A model generated the notes under the pieces. It worked only from the letters and a program-made list of their open reading frames with translations, did no database searches and had not been told where the DNA came from. From the NCBI GenBank assembly GCA_035604515.1, contig DATNIH010000040.1, positions 866-64,865 of the forward strand: DNA of 64,000 nt, in the 5' to 3' direction. Positions 47,197 through 58,310 of the stretch are shown here, in pieces (position 1 is the first letter of the stretch; every line of letters starts with the position of its first letter). The stretch comes from Caulobacteraceae bacterium. GTDB lineage: Bacteria > Pseudomonadota > Alphaproteobacteria > Caulobacterales > Caulobacteraceae. The position numbers and the translations under genes are program-made.

Positions 47197-48348
47197 ATGG
47201 TGGCTTTGGAAGCGCGCGGCGACGCCGTGCAACGGGCGACGGCGCTCTATGACGTGATCAGCGCGCAGGCCGAGGCCGGGGAGCGTCTCGGGCGCCTCAC
47301 CGACGTGGTGGCGACTTCGTTGCTGGACGCCAAGCTTCTGGCGATCCTCAATCCGGAGCGCCATGGCGGGCTGGGCGGGAGCTGGCGCGACTTCTATGGC
47401 GCCGTCGAAGCCGTCGCCCGCGCCGATGGATCGGCGGGCTGGTGCGTCTCGGTCTGCAACGCGATCAACCACACGCTCTTGCTCGGTCTGCCGGCCGAGG
47501 GGCGGGACGAGGTGTTCGGCGCCGGTCCGTCCTCATGCTGGGCCTCGCTGATTCCGAAGGCCGTTGCGACGCCGGAAGCGGGCGGCTTTCGCGTGTCCTG
47601 TCCCGGCACGTTCGGCTCCGGCAGTTCGATCTCAAGCTGGGTGATGGTCGCCGCCAACACCGGCGATCCCGGCGAAGGACGCTACCGGGCCTTCGTGATC
47701 CCCAAGGCGGAGGTGGAGATCAAGCCGGGCAGCTGGGACGTCATGGGCCTGCGCGCCACCGCCAGCATCGACTACGCCATCACCGACCGGTTCGTGCCGG
47801 CGCGGCGGAGCTGGGAGTATGCCTGGTCGAGCGCCGAACCTGCCGGCCCGCTATCGGCGCTCGCCGCGGCTCGGCTCAACGCGATCGGCCTCACGGCGTT
47901 TGCATCGGGGGGGGGGCAGCGAGCGCTGCACGAGCTAATCGCGTCCGCCACCAGGACCAGACGCACGGTGGCCGAAGGCCTGCAGGCGGAAGACAGTGTG
48001 GTGCAGTCCGGCATAGGCGAACTCGACGGCCGCATGAAAGCCGGCAGAACGCACCTGCTGGGCCTGGTGTCAGCGGTGGAGGAACGGGCGGCCGAGGGTC
48101 GCGTCATGAGCCCTCAGGAGGGCCTGGAGCTGTCGCAGGCTTGCCTGACGCTGGCGAGGGCGGCGCGGGACATGGTGGTCTTCGCCTTCGACCACGTCGG
48201 CACGTCCGCGGTCTATGCCCGCCATCCGCTGCAACGCTGCCTGCGCGACATCTTCACCGGGCTCAAGCACGTCGCCTTCACGCCGGCGTTCATGGGCCTG
48301 GTCGGCCGGCAGCAGCTGGGCCTCCAGTCCTCCAGAACCGTGCTCTGA
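47197..48348 (+). CDS. Acyl-CoA dehydrogenase-fold flavin-dependent monooxygenase (HsaA/DszC-like)
   Basis: EAVARADGSAGW, FGSGS, WDVMGLRATAS.D, G.SAVY....LQRCLRD; ATG at 47197 after GGAGA. Confidence 0.8.
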   Translation: MVALEARGDAVQRATALYDVISAQAEAGERLGRLTDVVATSLLDAKLLAILNPERHGGLGGSWRDFYGAVEAVARADGSAGWCVSVCNAINHTLLLGLPAEGRDEVFGAGPSSCWASLIPKAVATPEAGGFRVSCPGTFGSGSSISSWVMVAANTGDPGEGRYRAFVIPKAEVEIKPGSWDVMGLRATASIDYAITDRFVPARRSWEYAWSSAEPAGPLSALAAARLNAIGLTAFASGGGQRALHELIASATRTRRTVAEGLQAEDSVVQSGIGELDGRMKAGRTHLLGLVSAVEERAAEGRVMSPQEGLELSQACLTLARAARDMVVFAFDHVGTSAVYARHPLQRCLRDIFTGLKHVAFTPAFMGLVGRQQLGLQSSRTVL

Positions 48349-48452
48349 AAGCCGCCCTGGCGGCCTGACGGGCTCAACGCACTAGCCAGTCGTCCGGCCA
48401 CCGTCGATAGTCGAGGTTGTCGATACCTCGGGCATGCAGCGAAGGTGCTCGG

Positions 48453-48935
48453 ATGGGCCGTCGAGTGACAGCATGGCGAAACTTGCTTGCAGCGGTGGCC
48501 TGCGCCGCCGCCGTTGGGGCCTGCAGTCGAGCGGCCGATCCCGGAACGGTCATCGCTGAAGCCGATGCGCCTCATATGAAGCCAGGATTGTGGCGCCAGT
48601 CTTATAGTTTCGACGGCGCGCCAACCGCCACCCGGGTGCTATGCAGCTCCGGCGGTTCGCTCGCGCCCCCGAGACTGGGCGGCGTATGCAGCAAGTATGA
48701 GTTGCGACGCACGGCGGCCGGCGGCCTCATAGCCGACGCGGTCTGCACGCAGGACGGTTTGACCGCGACCATGCACTCGGAAGACACTGGCGACTTCAGC
48801 CGTCACTTCACGGAAGACAATTCGATCACCAACGGCTTTCCAGGTCAGCCGCCACAGACGTCCCGCGGCCATCTCGACACCGAGTACCTCGGCCCTTGTC
48901 CCTCCGGCGCGAAGCCCGCCCAGCCCGCCGGGTAG
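48453..48935 (+). CDS. DUF3617-family lipoprotein/exported protein
   Basis: Lipobox-like VGACS, MKPGLW, GDF, C-terminal YLGPC. Confidence 0.7.
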   Translation: MGRRVTAWRNLLAAVACAAAVGACSRAADPGTVIAEADAPHMKPGLWRQSYSFDGAPTATRVLCSSGGSLAPPRLGGVCSKYELRRTAAGGLIADAVCTQDGLTATMHSEDTGDFSRHFTEDNSITNGFPGQPPQTSRGHLDTEYLGPCPSGAKPAQPAG

Positions 48936-48968
48936 CGGCCACACAAGTGGCGCGTCGACGTCGGCGGC

Positions 48969-50360
<1,392 letters not shown>

Positions 50361-50419
50361 GGCGTCGGCTCCTTGTTGCGCGAGGCTCTATAGACGGCGC
50401 GGCGCGGCGCTGCAACGGG

Positions 50420-50439
50420 ATATAAAGGAAGCTTTATGT
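50420..50439. promoter_or_regulatory. Palindromic operator upstream of ahcY (SahR-like)
   Basis: ATATAAAG-gaag-CTTTATGT, an AT-rich palindrome 60 nt upstream of ahcY, resembling the alphaproteobacterial SahR site as recalled. Confidence 0.65.
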
Positions 50440-50454
50440 GGTGCTCCTCCCAAC

Positions 50455-50613
50455 GTCCTTCTCCCCCTGCGGGAGAAGGTGGCGGGCGCTTGCCCGCCGG
50501 ATGAGGGGTCGCGCCGGCGTCGGCCGACTCTGCCACTGTGCAATTGGGCAAATTCAGCGTGACCCCTCATCCGTCGGCTTCGCCGACACCTTCTCCCGCA
50601 AGGGGAGAAGGAC
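50455..50613. repeat. Intergenic palindromic element, family A
   Basis: Same arms as 37084-37233 and 42183-42298, with a different spacer. Confidence 0.92.
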
Positions 50614-50622
50614 GGCCATCGC

Positions 50623-52155
50623 CTACTTCCAGAACGGCTTGGCGGCCCCGAACGCCGCAATCGCGGCTTCGGCGCGGTCGGTGAGGGGGCCGACGCGGGC
50701 TCTCTGGGCGCCGGTGATGCGGCCGGCGACGAAAGCGGAGTCGGTCTCGGCTCTGCCGGGACTGGCTGCGGCCTCATGCGCCAGACGCTCGCCGACGGCG
50801 ATATCGTTGAGGTCGCCCAGCGCGTCCTGCACCTCCTTCAGCGCCTCGATGAAGGCCTTCGCACGCTTCGGCCGCTCGAACAGGCCGGCGAAGGCGTCGG
50901 CGGCGTAGCGCAGCTTCTTGGCCTCGATGCGCAGCTTGTGGCGCGCAGCCGGATCGAGTTGGCGCAACTTGCCGCCGTGCTTGGCGATCTTGCGGCGGCG
51001 ACGTGAGAGCTCGTCGACGGCGAAGCGGCGGATCGGCCGCTCGCGCCGGGCGGCGGCCTTCTCGGCGATGGTCCAAGGCCCGGTCTCGATCCAGACCAGC
51101 AGGTCGAGCAACAGGCGGCGGAAACGCTCGCTCTCCACGGCGCCCGCCGCCCGGACGTAGGCCATGCGCCGGGCGCCGCGCAGCCTCACGCCCAGGCCCT
51201 TCAACCCCTCGGCGTCCTCCTTCTGCGCGACCGCGGCGCGGTAGTCGCCGTGCAGCAGCACATCGAGGTTGCGCGCCGCGTCGAGCTCGCCGGTCAGCCA
51301 CTTCAGCTCGGCCTTGATCGCCGGCAGGCGGGCGTCGGCCACCACGTCCTTGAAGCTGGTGATCAGGCTGCGCAAACGGCGCAGCGCCACCCGCAGCTGG
51401 TGGATCACCTCGGGACTGGCGCGGTAGCGCAGCCGCTCGGCGTTGGTGGTGATCTGGCGCAGGCAGGCCCTGGCCACGGCCTGGAACGCCTGGCCAGCGT
51501 GGAGTTGCGCGCTCAGCGGCGGCGGCTCGAACTTGTGGGCGTAGGAGCGCGGCGGGCGGGCCAGCGCCGCGCCGCGGGCGGCCTTCGTGGTGAAGGACAG
51601 CGTCAGGTCGCCGGTCCCGGCGAGGCGTCTGGCCAGCGCGAACAGACCCCATTGCGGTCCGGCCTTCAGCTCCAGCTCCAGCTCGGCGAAGGCGGCTTCC
51701 TGACCCTTGGCCTTGGCCACCCCCTCGTCGAACGCGAGCTCGATTCGGGTCTCGCCCTCGACCACGTCGACGGTGCGGCGCTTCACCTCCACCACATAGA
51801 CCGGCGCCAGCTTGGCCTTGGCGAGGAGGCGCGCGGCCGGGGTCGACTTCAGCGCGGCCAGATCCGGCGTCGCACCCTTGACCCTTGTCTCCCACTCGCC
51901 GCGCGTGAGCGCTCCGTCCCCGCCGTCCTTCAGCGTCTGGGTGTACTGGTCGCCGGAGCGCCGCACCCGAAGCGCCAACTTGGCCCGGCGCAGCGCGCCC
52001 TTCTCGGTGTCGAAATAGGTCGAGACCAGCTGGCGCGGCGCGGCGTCGGCGAGCGGCTCGATCCCGGGCGCGAGCGCCAGCATCGCAGCCACCTCGGCCG
52101 CCCGGTTCGCCGGGATGGCGAACTTCATTTCGATCTCGCGGGGCGTATCGGCCAT
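50623..52155 (-). CDS. CYTH + CHAD domain protein (YgiF-like inorganic triphosphatase)
   Basis: ExExK (EIEMKF), STYFDT, LRVR, ELELELK; CHAD motifs HQLRVALRRLR, HKLRIEAKKLRY, QDALGDLND; ATG at 52155. Confidence 0.92.
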   Translation of the reverse strand: MADTPREIEMKFAIPANRAAEVAAMLALAPGIEPLADAAPRQLVSTYFDTEKGALRRAKLALRVRRSGDQYTQTLKDGGDGALTRGEWETRVKGATPDLAALKSTPAARLLAKAKLAPVYVVEVKRRTVDVVEGETRIELAFDEGVAKAKGQEAAFAELELELKAGPQWGLFALARRLAGTGDLTLSFTTKAARGAALARPPRSYAHKFEPPPLSAQLHAGQAFQAVARACLRQITTNAERLRYRASPEVIHQLRVALRRLRSLITSFKDVVADARLPAIKAELKWLTGELDAARNLDVLLHGDYRAAVAQKEDAEGLKGLGVRLRGARRMAYVRAAGAVESERFRRLLLDLLVWIETGPWTIAEKAAARRERPIRRFAVDELSRRRRKIAKHGGKLRQLDPAARHKLRIEAKKLRYAADAFAGLFERPKRAKAFIEALKEVQDALGDLNDIAVGERLAHEAAASPGRAETDSAFVAGRITGAQRARVGPLTDRAEAAIAAFGAAKPFWK

Positions 52156-52253
52156 GGTTCGAACCGCCGTTGGCGTTGGCGGGCCTCCTAGCACGCCGGC
52201 TACGCCGGACCGAACTGCGGAGACCTACGTAAGGTCCCGCGCATCGCCGCCGT

Positions 52254-52526
52254 CTAGCGATCTTCCTCGAAACGGTTGCTCACCAGCTCGGCCAGGGCGT
52301 CGACGGCGGCCTGCGCCTCGGCGCCCTCGGCGCGGATGGTGATGTGGCTGCCGGGGCCGGCCGCCAGCATCATCAGGCCCATGATCGAGCGGGCGTCGAC
52401 GGTCGCCCCGTCCTTGGTGACGGTGACCTCGGCGTCGAAGGTGGCGGCGAGCTTGACGAATTTGGCGGACGCACGAGCGTGCAATCCGCGCTCGTTGGCG
52501 ATCTCCACCGAGGTTTCGGCGGCCAT
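52254..52526 (-). CDS. ptsH: HPr/NPr phosphocarrier protein
   Basis: GLHARAS (His15) and ARSIMGLMML (Ser46 region). Confidence 0.95.
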   Translation of the reverse strand: MAAETSVEIANERGLHARASAKFVKLAATFDAEVTVTKDGATVDARSIMGLMMLAAGPGSHITIRAEGAEAQAAVDALAELVSNRFEEDR

Positions 52527-52531
52527 GGGCC

Positions 52532-52936
52532 CTATTTCTCGCCCGACAGCACGTAGGAGGCGACGGAAATGTACTTGCGGCCGGCTTCTTGCGCCTGGGC
52601 CACGCAGGTCGGCAAGTCCTCGCGGTGGCGCACGCTGGCCAGCTTGATCAGCATCGGCAGGTTCAGGCCGGCGATCACCTCGGCCTTGGTCTGCTCCATC
52701 ACCGAGATGGCGAGGTTGGACGGCGTGCCGCCGAACATGTCGGTGAGCAGGATCACCCCGCCGCCGTCGTTGACCCGCTGACAGGCCGCCAGGATGTCGC
52801 GCCGCCGCCGCTCCATGTCGTCGTCAGGCCCGATGCAGATCGAGCTCACCGCGGTTTGGGGTCCGACGACATGCTCCATGGCGTGCACGAACTCTTCCGC
52901 CAGGCGACCGTGAGTGACGATCACGAGCCCGATCAT
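52532..52936 (-). CDS. manX: PTS EIIA, mannose/fructose family
   Basis: MIGLVIVTHG, LTDMFGGTPSN, GLNLPML; ATG at 52936. Confidence 0.92.
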   Translation of the reverse strand: MIGLVIVTHGRLAEEFVHAMEHVVGPQTAVSSICIGPDDDMERRRRDILAACQRVNDGGGVILLTDMFGGTPSNLAISVMEQTKAEVIAGLNLPMLIKLASVRHREDLPTCVAQAQEAGRKYISVASYVLSGEK

Positions 52937-52946
52937 CGACGAGGCC

Positions 52947-53441
52947 TCAATGGGTGTCCCCGGTCCCAAGGCGGTCCCCACCGCCGGAAGAGCGCGCTTG
53001 ATACGCCTGTTGGCGCGCGTGTCCAAGATGTTGCAGTGCGCGGCGTAGCTTCGCAGGTGCGGAAGCCTCGAACGGGTCAATCCGCAGCCGCGGAACCGCG
53101 ACTTGGGCGACCTCGATCGTCTCTGGTTCGGGCATCCGCTCGATCGCTTCATCTTCGACGCAGGTGGCCACCAGCACGATCTCGGCCATCGCCAGCGGCG
53201 ATTCACGAATGATGCCATGACCGCGGGACTCGATCAGTCCGGCGAGGGATTCGGGGGCGCGGCCAAACAGCACGGCGCCCGAGCGCCAGACCACCACCCG
53301 GTCGTCCGCCACCAGGCGAAAGCCGGCGTCGAGCGCCTTCAGCGCCAGGTCGCTCTTGCCCGATCCCGAGCCGCCGCAGATCAGGACGCCGCGCCAGAAC
53401 CCCGCCAGCCGCAGCGCCACGAGACCGGCATGCAGGATCAT
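52947..53441 (-). CDS. hprK: HPr kinase/phosphorylase (short alphaproteobacterial form)
   Basis: LHAG, GVLI.GGSGSGKSDLAL, LVADDRV, GLIESRG.GI. Confidence 0.9.
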   Translation of the reverse strand: MILHAGLVALRLAGFWRGVLICGGSGSGKSDLALKALDAGFRLVADDRVVVWRSGAVLFGRAPESLAGLIESRGHGIIRESPLAMAEIVLVATCVEDEAIERMPEPETIEVAQVAVPRLRIDPFEASAPAKLRRALQHLGHARQQAYQARSSGGGDRLGTGDTH

Positions 53442-55030
53442 CCCGAGGCCCTCGCCGCGGGAATCGCCACGACGAACCTCGCCCCCGTCACCTCGCCGGC
53501 GGCGTTGGTCCGGTTCTCGGCGTGGACCTTGCCGCCGTGCGCCTCGACGATCTGGCGGGCGATCGAGAGGCCGAGCCCGGAGTTGCCGCCGAACGCCGCG
53601 CCGCGTGGCCGGGCGGTGTAGAACCGCTCGAACACCGTCTCCAGGTTCTCCGGCGGCATGCCGGGGCCGTTGTCGTCGACCCGGACCACCGCCTGGCCGC
53701 GCTCGCGGCTCAGCGTCACCCAGACGTCGCCGCCGGCCGGCGAAAAGGAGCGGGCGTTGTCGATCAGGTTGCGGAACACCTGGCTGAGCGGCCCCTCGCG
53801 TCCGGGCGCCGTGACCACGTCGCCCTCGTCCTGCACGAGTCGCACATGCGGGTCGCCATCGCGGCGGGTGGTCTCGTAGAGGCCGACGATGTCCTTGAGC
53901 AGCCGTGACAGCACGACCGGCCGCGGCGATTCCCGCGACAGCTCCGCATCGAGCCGCGAGGCGTTGGAAATGTCGGTGATCAGCCGGTCAAGCCGGCCGA
54001 CGTCCTGCTTCAGGATCGCCAGCAGCCGGTCGCGGCTGGGGCCCTCCTTGACCAGCTCCAGCGTCTCCACCGCCGAGCGGATCGAGGTCAGCGGATTGCG
54101 GATCTCGTGGGCGACGTCGGCGGCGAAGCGCTCGATCGCCTCCATCCGGTCGGACAGGGTGTGGGTCATGTCCTCGAGCGAGCGGGCCAGGTCGCCGAGT
54201 TCGTCCTTGCGCTCGGCGATGTCGGGCAGGGCGATGGCCCGGGACCGGTTGAGCCGCACGCTGTCCGCCGCGGCCGAGAGCCGGCGCACCGGCTGGGCGA
54301 TCAGCTGGGTGAGGGCGAACGACGAGATCAGGCTGACGGCGACGGCGATGACGATGAAGGGGATCTGGGCCACGCGTTCGGCGGCGATGATCTGGTCGAC
54401 GTCGCCGGCCTCCAGCGTCAGCACCCCCAGCACCTCGCGCACGCGCTCGATCGGGATCGCGACGGAGACCACCCGCCCGCCGTTTTCCGTCACCCTCGAG
54501 TGACTCACCACCACCACGCCGGTGAGGGCGGTCTGGATGTCCGCGTTCAGCGCCTGCTCGGCGGCGGCGTCATTGCGGGGCTTGGGTTCGAACCCTGGGA
54601 TGGCGAAGGGCTTCTCGCCCGGCTTCAGCGCCGGCGGCAGGTCTGACTTTTCGACGCGATCGGTGGCCACCCAGGAATCCGAGATCGGGTGCCCCTCGGT
54701 GTCGAACAGTCGCACGCGCTCGGTCTTCGGGATCGAGAGCGAGTCGAGGATGTCGCTGGCGGTGTCGGCCTCGAGCAACGGCTGCGGGTCGCCCTGGGTG
54801 GCGTTCCGCTCGATCACATTGGCGATCAGCTGGCCCTCGGTCTCCAGCGAGTCGCTGCGCGCCTTGACCAGTCCCTGGCGCAATTCGTTCAGCAGCAGCG
54901 CGCCCCCGACCAGGATGGCCAGGCCGGTCAGATTGAGCACGATAATCAGCCGCCCGATGCGAGAGGGCGGCGTCGCGGCGCGAGGACGTCTCGCGCGTTC
55001 AGGCCTCGCGGTAGCGGTAACCGACGCCAT
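53438..55030 (-). CDS. chvG: Sensor histidine kinase ChvG/ExoS
   Basis: Two TM helices, [35 protein letters not shown]; ATG at 55030 overlaps the chvI 3' end. Confidence 0.93.
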   Translation of the reverse strand: MASVTATARPERARRPRAATPPSRIGRLIIVLNLTGLAILVGGALLLNELRQGLVKARSDSLETEGQLIANVIERNATQGDPQPLLEADTASDILDSLSIPKTERVRLFDTEGHPISDSWVATDRVEKSDLPPALKPGEKPFAIPGFEPKPRNDAAAEQALNADIQTALTGVVVVSHSRVTENGGRVVSVAIPIERVREVLGVLTLEAGDVDQIIAAERVAQIPFIVIAVAVSLISSFALTQLIAQPVRRLSAAADSVRLNRSRAIALPDIAERKDELGDLARSLEDMTHTLSDRMEAIERFAADVAHEIRNPLTSIRSAVETLELVKEGPSRDRLLAILKQDVGRLDRLITDISNASRLDAELSRESPRPVVLSRLLKDIVGLYETTRRDGDPHVRLVQDEGDVVTAPGREGPLSQVFRNLIDNARSFSPAGGDVWVTLSRERGQAVVRVDDNGPGMPPENLETVFERFYTARPRGAAFGGNSGLGLSIARQIVEAHGGKVHAENRTNAAGEVTGARFVVAIPAARASG

Positions 55031-55709
55031 AGAGGGTTTCGATGGCGTCGAACTCCTGATCGACCTGGCGGAACTTCTTGCGCATGCGTTTGATGTGGCT
55101 GTCGATCGTCCGGTCGTCGACGTAGACCTGGTCATCGTAGGCCGCGTCCATCAGGTTGTCGCGGCTCTTCACGAAGCCCGGACGCTGCGCCAGCGACTGC
55201 AGCAGCAGGAACTCGGTCACCGTCAGGCGCACCGGCCGGTTGTCCCAGAGGCAGTCGTGGCGGGCCGGGTCCAGCGTGAGCCGGCCGCGCTTGATCGCCT
55301 TGGTCCCGGCGGCCGCCGCCTGGGCGGCTTCCTCCTCCGGATCGTCGGCGCGGGCGCGGCGCAGCACCGCCTTCACCCGCTCGAGCAGCAGGCGCTGACT
55401 GAACGGCTTGTGGATGTAGTCGTCGGCGCCGAGGTTGAAGCCAAGGATCTCGTCGATCTCCTCGTCTTTCGAGGTCAGCATGATCACCGGCAGGGAGGTG
55501 GATTGGCGCAAGCGTCGGAGCACCTCCATGCCGTCCATCCGCGGCATTTTCACGTCGAGGATGGCGAGGTCCGGCGGGTCGCTCTCCAGCGCCGCAAGGC
55601 CGGTTGCGCCGTCATAGCAGGCCTTCACGGTGTGCCCGTGGCTCTCCAGGGCCAGCGAGACCGATGCGACGATGTTCTCGTCGTCGTCCACAAGAGTTAT
55701 TTTCGCCAT
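54999..55709 (-). CDS. chvI: Response regulator ChvI
   Basis: [60 protein letters not shown]. Confidence 0.96.
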   Translation of the reverse strand: MAKITLVDDDENIVASVSLALESHGHTVKACYDGATGLAALESDPPDLAILDVKMPRMDGMEVLRRLRQSTSLPVIMLTSKDEEIDEILGFNLGADDYIHKPFSQRLLLERVKAVLRRARADDPEEEAAQAAAAGTKAIKRGRLTLDPARHDCLWDNRPVRLTVTEFLLLQSLAQRPGFVKSRDNLMDAAYDDQVYVDDRTIDSHIKRMRKKFRQVDQEFDAIETLYGVGYRYREA

Positions 55710-55939
55710 TTGGGGGTCTTCTCAGCTGTCCTTCGCACGCCTTAACGCGCGGACCCCACAATCCGCACCGGATCGCAGGAGATCGATTGGGCGGCGGCGC
55801 CGCGGGGAACTCAGCATACCGCCGAAGGTTGGCAAGCCATGCCGTAACGCATCGCCGTGGTTCGTGGCGTCAATTGGGCCTGTCGGCGCGAAAAGCAAGA
55901 CGCCCTTAAGCCTAATGCGCAACGCTGCGCCACGACTCA

Positions 55940-57670
55940 ATGAGCGTCGGCGCCGGAGCGGATCACTTGCAGGTCCATTACGAGCTTTTCGTACGGCACA
56001 CGCCGGGCGCGCCCTGGACGCTGGAAATGGCGAACGAGAGCCGCAGCCAGGTGGTCGAAGCCGCCGAGACGATGATGGGGGAGGGCCGCGTCGCCGCGGT
56101 CCGGGTCTGCAAGGAGTCGCTCGACCCCGACACCCGCGAATTCCAGTCGATCTCCATTCTGTCCAAGGGCCAGGTCGACGGCGCCAAGAAGAAGAAGGTG
56201 GTCGAGAACCTCGAACCGCTCTGCGTGACGCCCGAGGACCTGTACACGGGCCACGCTCGCGACCGCATCGGCCGCCTGCTCGACGGCTGGCTCACCCGCA
56301 ACCACGCCACCGCCTTCGAGCTGCTGCACCGCCCGGACCTGGTCGAGCGCCTCGACGCGTCGGGCACCGAACTGCAGCACGCCGTGCAGAAGATCGCCGT
56401 GCCCGAGGCCCAGGCCCGCGGCGTCTCGGTGCACGAACTGATCCGCAGCTTCCAGCGCCTGATCGAGCGGTCGATCAACCGCATCATGGGCGACGCCAAG
56501 CGCGCGCGCTTTCCCACCGTCACCAAGGAGACCTTCGCCGCCGTGGCCGGGCGCCTGCTGTCGGAGCCGGAGCGCGGCTACCTGCTGGGCGGCGGCGTCG
56601 CGGCTTACCTGGCCGATGGCGTCACCTGGTCGGACAAGGTCATGCGCCTGCTCGATCTCGCCGACGCCGCTCCCTCGGAAGGCGTGGCGCGGGGCCTGGC
56701 GTTCGAGGTGATCGAGCAGCCGCTCTCCGAGATCCTGGAATCCCGCGCCGCCCTGGTCGACCTGCTGGGCGCCCATCTCGATCTTGGCGGCCAGCTCGCG
56801 GGCATGACGCGTCTGGTCGCCGCGGACTCGGTCGCAGCCCTGGCCCGCGTCGAGCCGCGGGTGGGCCGAGCCCTGCCGCCGCTCGAAGGCGCGGCCGCCA
56901 GGCTGGCGCACTGGATGTCGCTGCCGCCGTTCGTCGACGCCCGCGTGGCGGTCGGCCGCCGGATCCTGCGCGAGCTCAACGGTCCGCGGCGGCTGCGCCC
57001 CACCGATCCCGCGGACGAGATCGAACTGCTGCGCGCGCTCGGCATGGCGCTGACGGCGGCGGCGGGCCAGCTGCTGCCGCCCGACGACGTGCACGACGCC
57101 TTCATCGCCCGCTCGCGCATGCTGGTGACGTCCGAGTTCGTCGAGGGCCTGCTCGGCCGCGACGGCAGCGCCCGCGACGAGGCCGAGCAACTGATCTGGC
57201 TGTCCGAGAACGTGGTCGGCGCCGTCAACAAGCGCGCCGCCGCGCGTTATCTGGCCACCCACGCCGGCTCGCTGCGGTTCGAGACCGAACTGCGCTACGG
57301 CCCCGACACGCCGGCGCACCGCCTGGCGTCGCTCGCCTCGATGCAGAAGGGCAGCGCCCGCGCCGGGCTCGACCCGGCCGACCTGGCGCCGGTGATGGCC
57401 AAGTTCGGCGAAGTCGGCGGCCTGATCGAGGCCGACTCGAAGCTGATCTCGACCGTGGTTCACGCCGCCGCCCCCGCGTTGCATCGCCTCGGCCTGCTGC
57501 TGCGCCTGGCGATGGGCGACGCCGGGCCGTCGGGCCCCGCGGCTGACCGCGCCCGGGCCGCGGCGCTGAAGCTGCTGCGCGCCGACGCCACCCGCGCCGA
57601 GCTTGCCGCCGCGCCGGAGCACCTGGCCCAGGTGCGCGACATGATCCAGGCCGCTGGCCTGGCGGCCTGA
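55940..57670 (+). CDS. Conserved hypothetical protein (576 aa, largely helical), divergent from chvI
   Basis: Long ORF with GC3-rich coding pattern; no motif recognised; ends in LAA. Confidence 0.8.
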   Translation: MSVGAGADHLQVHYELFVRHTPGAPWTLEMANESRSQVVEAAETMMGEGRVAAVRVCKESLDPDTREFQSISILSKGQVDGAKKKKVVENLEPLCVTPEDLYTGHARDRIGRLLDGWLTRNHATAFELLHRPDLVERLDASGTELQHAVQKIAVPEAQARGVSVHELIRSFQRLIERSINRIMGDAKRARFPTVTKETFAAVAGRLLSEPERGYLLGGGVAAYLADGVTWSDKVMRLLDLADAAPSEGVARGLAFEVIEQPLSEILESRAALVDLLGAHLDLGGQLAGMTRLVAADSVAALARVEPRVGRALPPLEGAAARLAHWMSLPPFVDARVAVGRRILRELNGPRRLRPTDPADEIELLRALGMALTAAAGQLLPPDDVHDAFIARSRMLVTSEFVEGLLGRDGSARDEAEQLIWLSENVVGAVNKRAAARYLATHAGSLRFETELRYGPDTPAHRLASLASMQKGSARAGLDPADLAPVMAKFGEVGGLIEADSKLISTVVHAAAPALHRLGLLLRLAMGDAGPSGPAADRARAAALKLLRADATRAELAAAPEHLAQVRDMIQAAGLAA

Positions 57671-57688
57671 CGCGCTAGCGCTCCACCC

Positions 57689-57852
57689 TCGGTCATCCCC
57701 GGCCGTCAATGCCGGGGACCCATGAACACTGGCCTGTGGATAGCCGTGCTTGGCACGGCTACGGCGTGCAGCCGCGTGCATGGGTGGCCGGGACTTAGCC
57801 TGCCCCGGGCGGGCCGCGCCGCGGGCGCGACCCGGGGCGCGGCCATGACCGA
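57689..57852. repeat. Structured intergenic element, family E, copy 2
   Basis: Termini TCGGTCAT/ATGACCGA; hairpins TCCCCGGC/GCCGGGGA and TAGCCGTGC/GCACGGCTA; CATGGGTGGCCGGGAC. Confidence 0.8.
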
Positions 57853-57898
57853 AAATCAGGTGGATAGGTGAGATATTGGCTCTGCTAACGTGGGACGC

Positions 57899-58306
57899 AT
57901 GCCCCGCCTTCTCACCGCGCTCCTGCCCCTCGCCTTCGCCCTCGCCGCCTGCAACGGGCCGCCGGCGCCGCAGGAAGCGGGGGTTTGCTGGCGGGCGCAT
58001 CAGGACGTGGGCGGCAAGGTCAGCTTCGCGCCGCTGGCCCGTGACGTCGGCACGCTCGAGAACTGCGCGGTGCTGCTGGAGGCCGTCCGACTGCAGGGGC
58101 AGGCGCAGGTCAACGGCGCCTACCAGGGCTACTTCCTGTTCATCGGCGCCGATGCGATGACCTCGGCGCTGCATACCGGCGGCGTGCGCTATCCGATCTT
58201 CCAGCCGCCGCAGCGCCGCTCGATCGACCGCGACATCCGCCGGCTGTTGGCCGAACGCGGCGGCAAGATGCCAGATCCGGGCGACTTCCGCCTGGAGCGC
58301 CAGTAG
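57899..58306 (+). CDS. Hypothetical lipoprotein
   Basis: Lipobox LAAC after a hydrophobic stretch; ATG at 57899. Confidence 0.75.
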   Translation: MPRLLTALLPLAFALAACNGPPAPQEAGVCWRAHQDVGGKVSFAPLARDVGTLENCAVLLEAVRLQGQAQVNGAYQGYFLFIGADAMTSALHTGGVRYPIFQPPQRRSIDRDIRRLLAERGGKMPDPGDFRLERQ

Positions 58307-58310
58307 CCGG

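Noticed and set aside
50361-50450. SAH riboswitch upstream of ahcY
   Set aside because: The GCGCTGCAAC-like segment lies on the strand opposite to ahcY, and the other conserved elements are missing. The AT-rich palindrome is better explained as a protein operator.
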